This document shows positions 50,990 to 50,990 of a stretch of DNA of 50,990 nt, piece after piece. The translations under genes and the position numbers were made by a program. Numbering within the stretch: the stretch's first letter is position 1; every line of letters starts with the position of its first letter. Under the pieces are notes generated by a model. That model made no database searches, was not told the DNA's origin, and worked only from the letters and a program-made list of their open reading frames with translations. The DNA is from Enoplolaimus lenunculus (lineage: Eukaryota). The stretch is taken from positions 558,001 through 608,990 of the forward strand of contig JASANG010002537.1 in assembly GCA_030248215.1 (NCBI GenBank), given 5' to 3'.

Positions 50990-50990
50990 G

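Larger units (their letters stand above)
45608..50990. mobile_element. Maverick/Polinton (adintovirus-like) element, one arm; continues beyond the window
   Basis: Starts with AGTAGT, the Polinton terminal motif, at an abrupt change in composition; repeat-rich subterminal region; protein-primed PolB 5 kb inside and pointing towards the terminus. The other TIR and the TSD (predicted cacgtc) are outside the window. Confidence 0.75.

Overview
AT-rich, repeat-dense eukaryotic (invertebrate animal) genomic DNA. Abundant interspersed TTAGGC motifs and TTT(C/T)AG splice acceptors hint at a nematode-like host; this is inference. Left part (3022-12232, minus strand): a complete 10-coding-exon gene that I reconstructed by hand (2997 nt, 998 aa, all GT-AG junctions in phase). 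It encodes a PRAS40/AKT1S1 (Lobe-type) mTORC1 regulator. Middle (13-45 kb): mostly non-coding, with DINE-1/Helentron-type elements, hAT- and Harbinger-type MITEs, a tRNA-Val-derived SINE, a decayed LINE (RT + RNase H), minisatellites, and weak signs of a micro-exon transcript. Right end (45608-50990): one arm of a Maverick/Polinton, from an AGTAGT terminus to the C-terminus of a protein-primed family-B DNA polymerase. The most interesting signal is inside this arm: (i) two diverged copies of a ~105-nt GC-rich motif whose differences are compensatory base-pair changes on the minus strand, each just downstream of an AATAAA signal; (ii) a ~290-nt highly base-paired plus-strand island with a B-box-like motif; (iii) six ~160-bp repeats, each with a 5' splice-site consensus, several also carrying a spliced-leader-like motif; (iv) a spliced poly-Q ORF. 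I do not recognise the RNA motifs as any known family. No database searches or folding programs were run.
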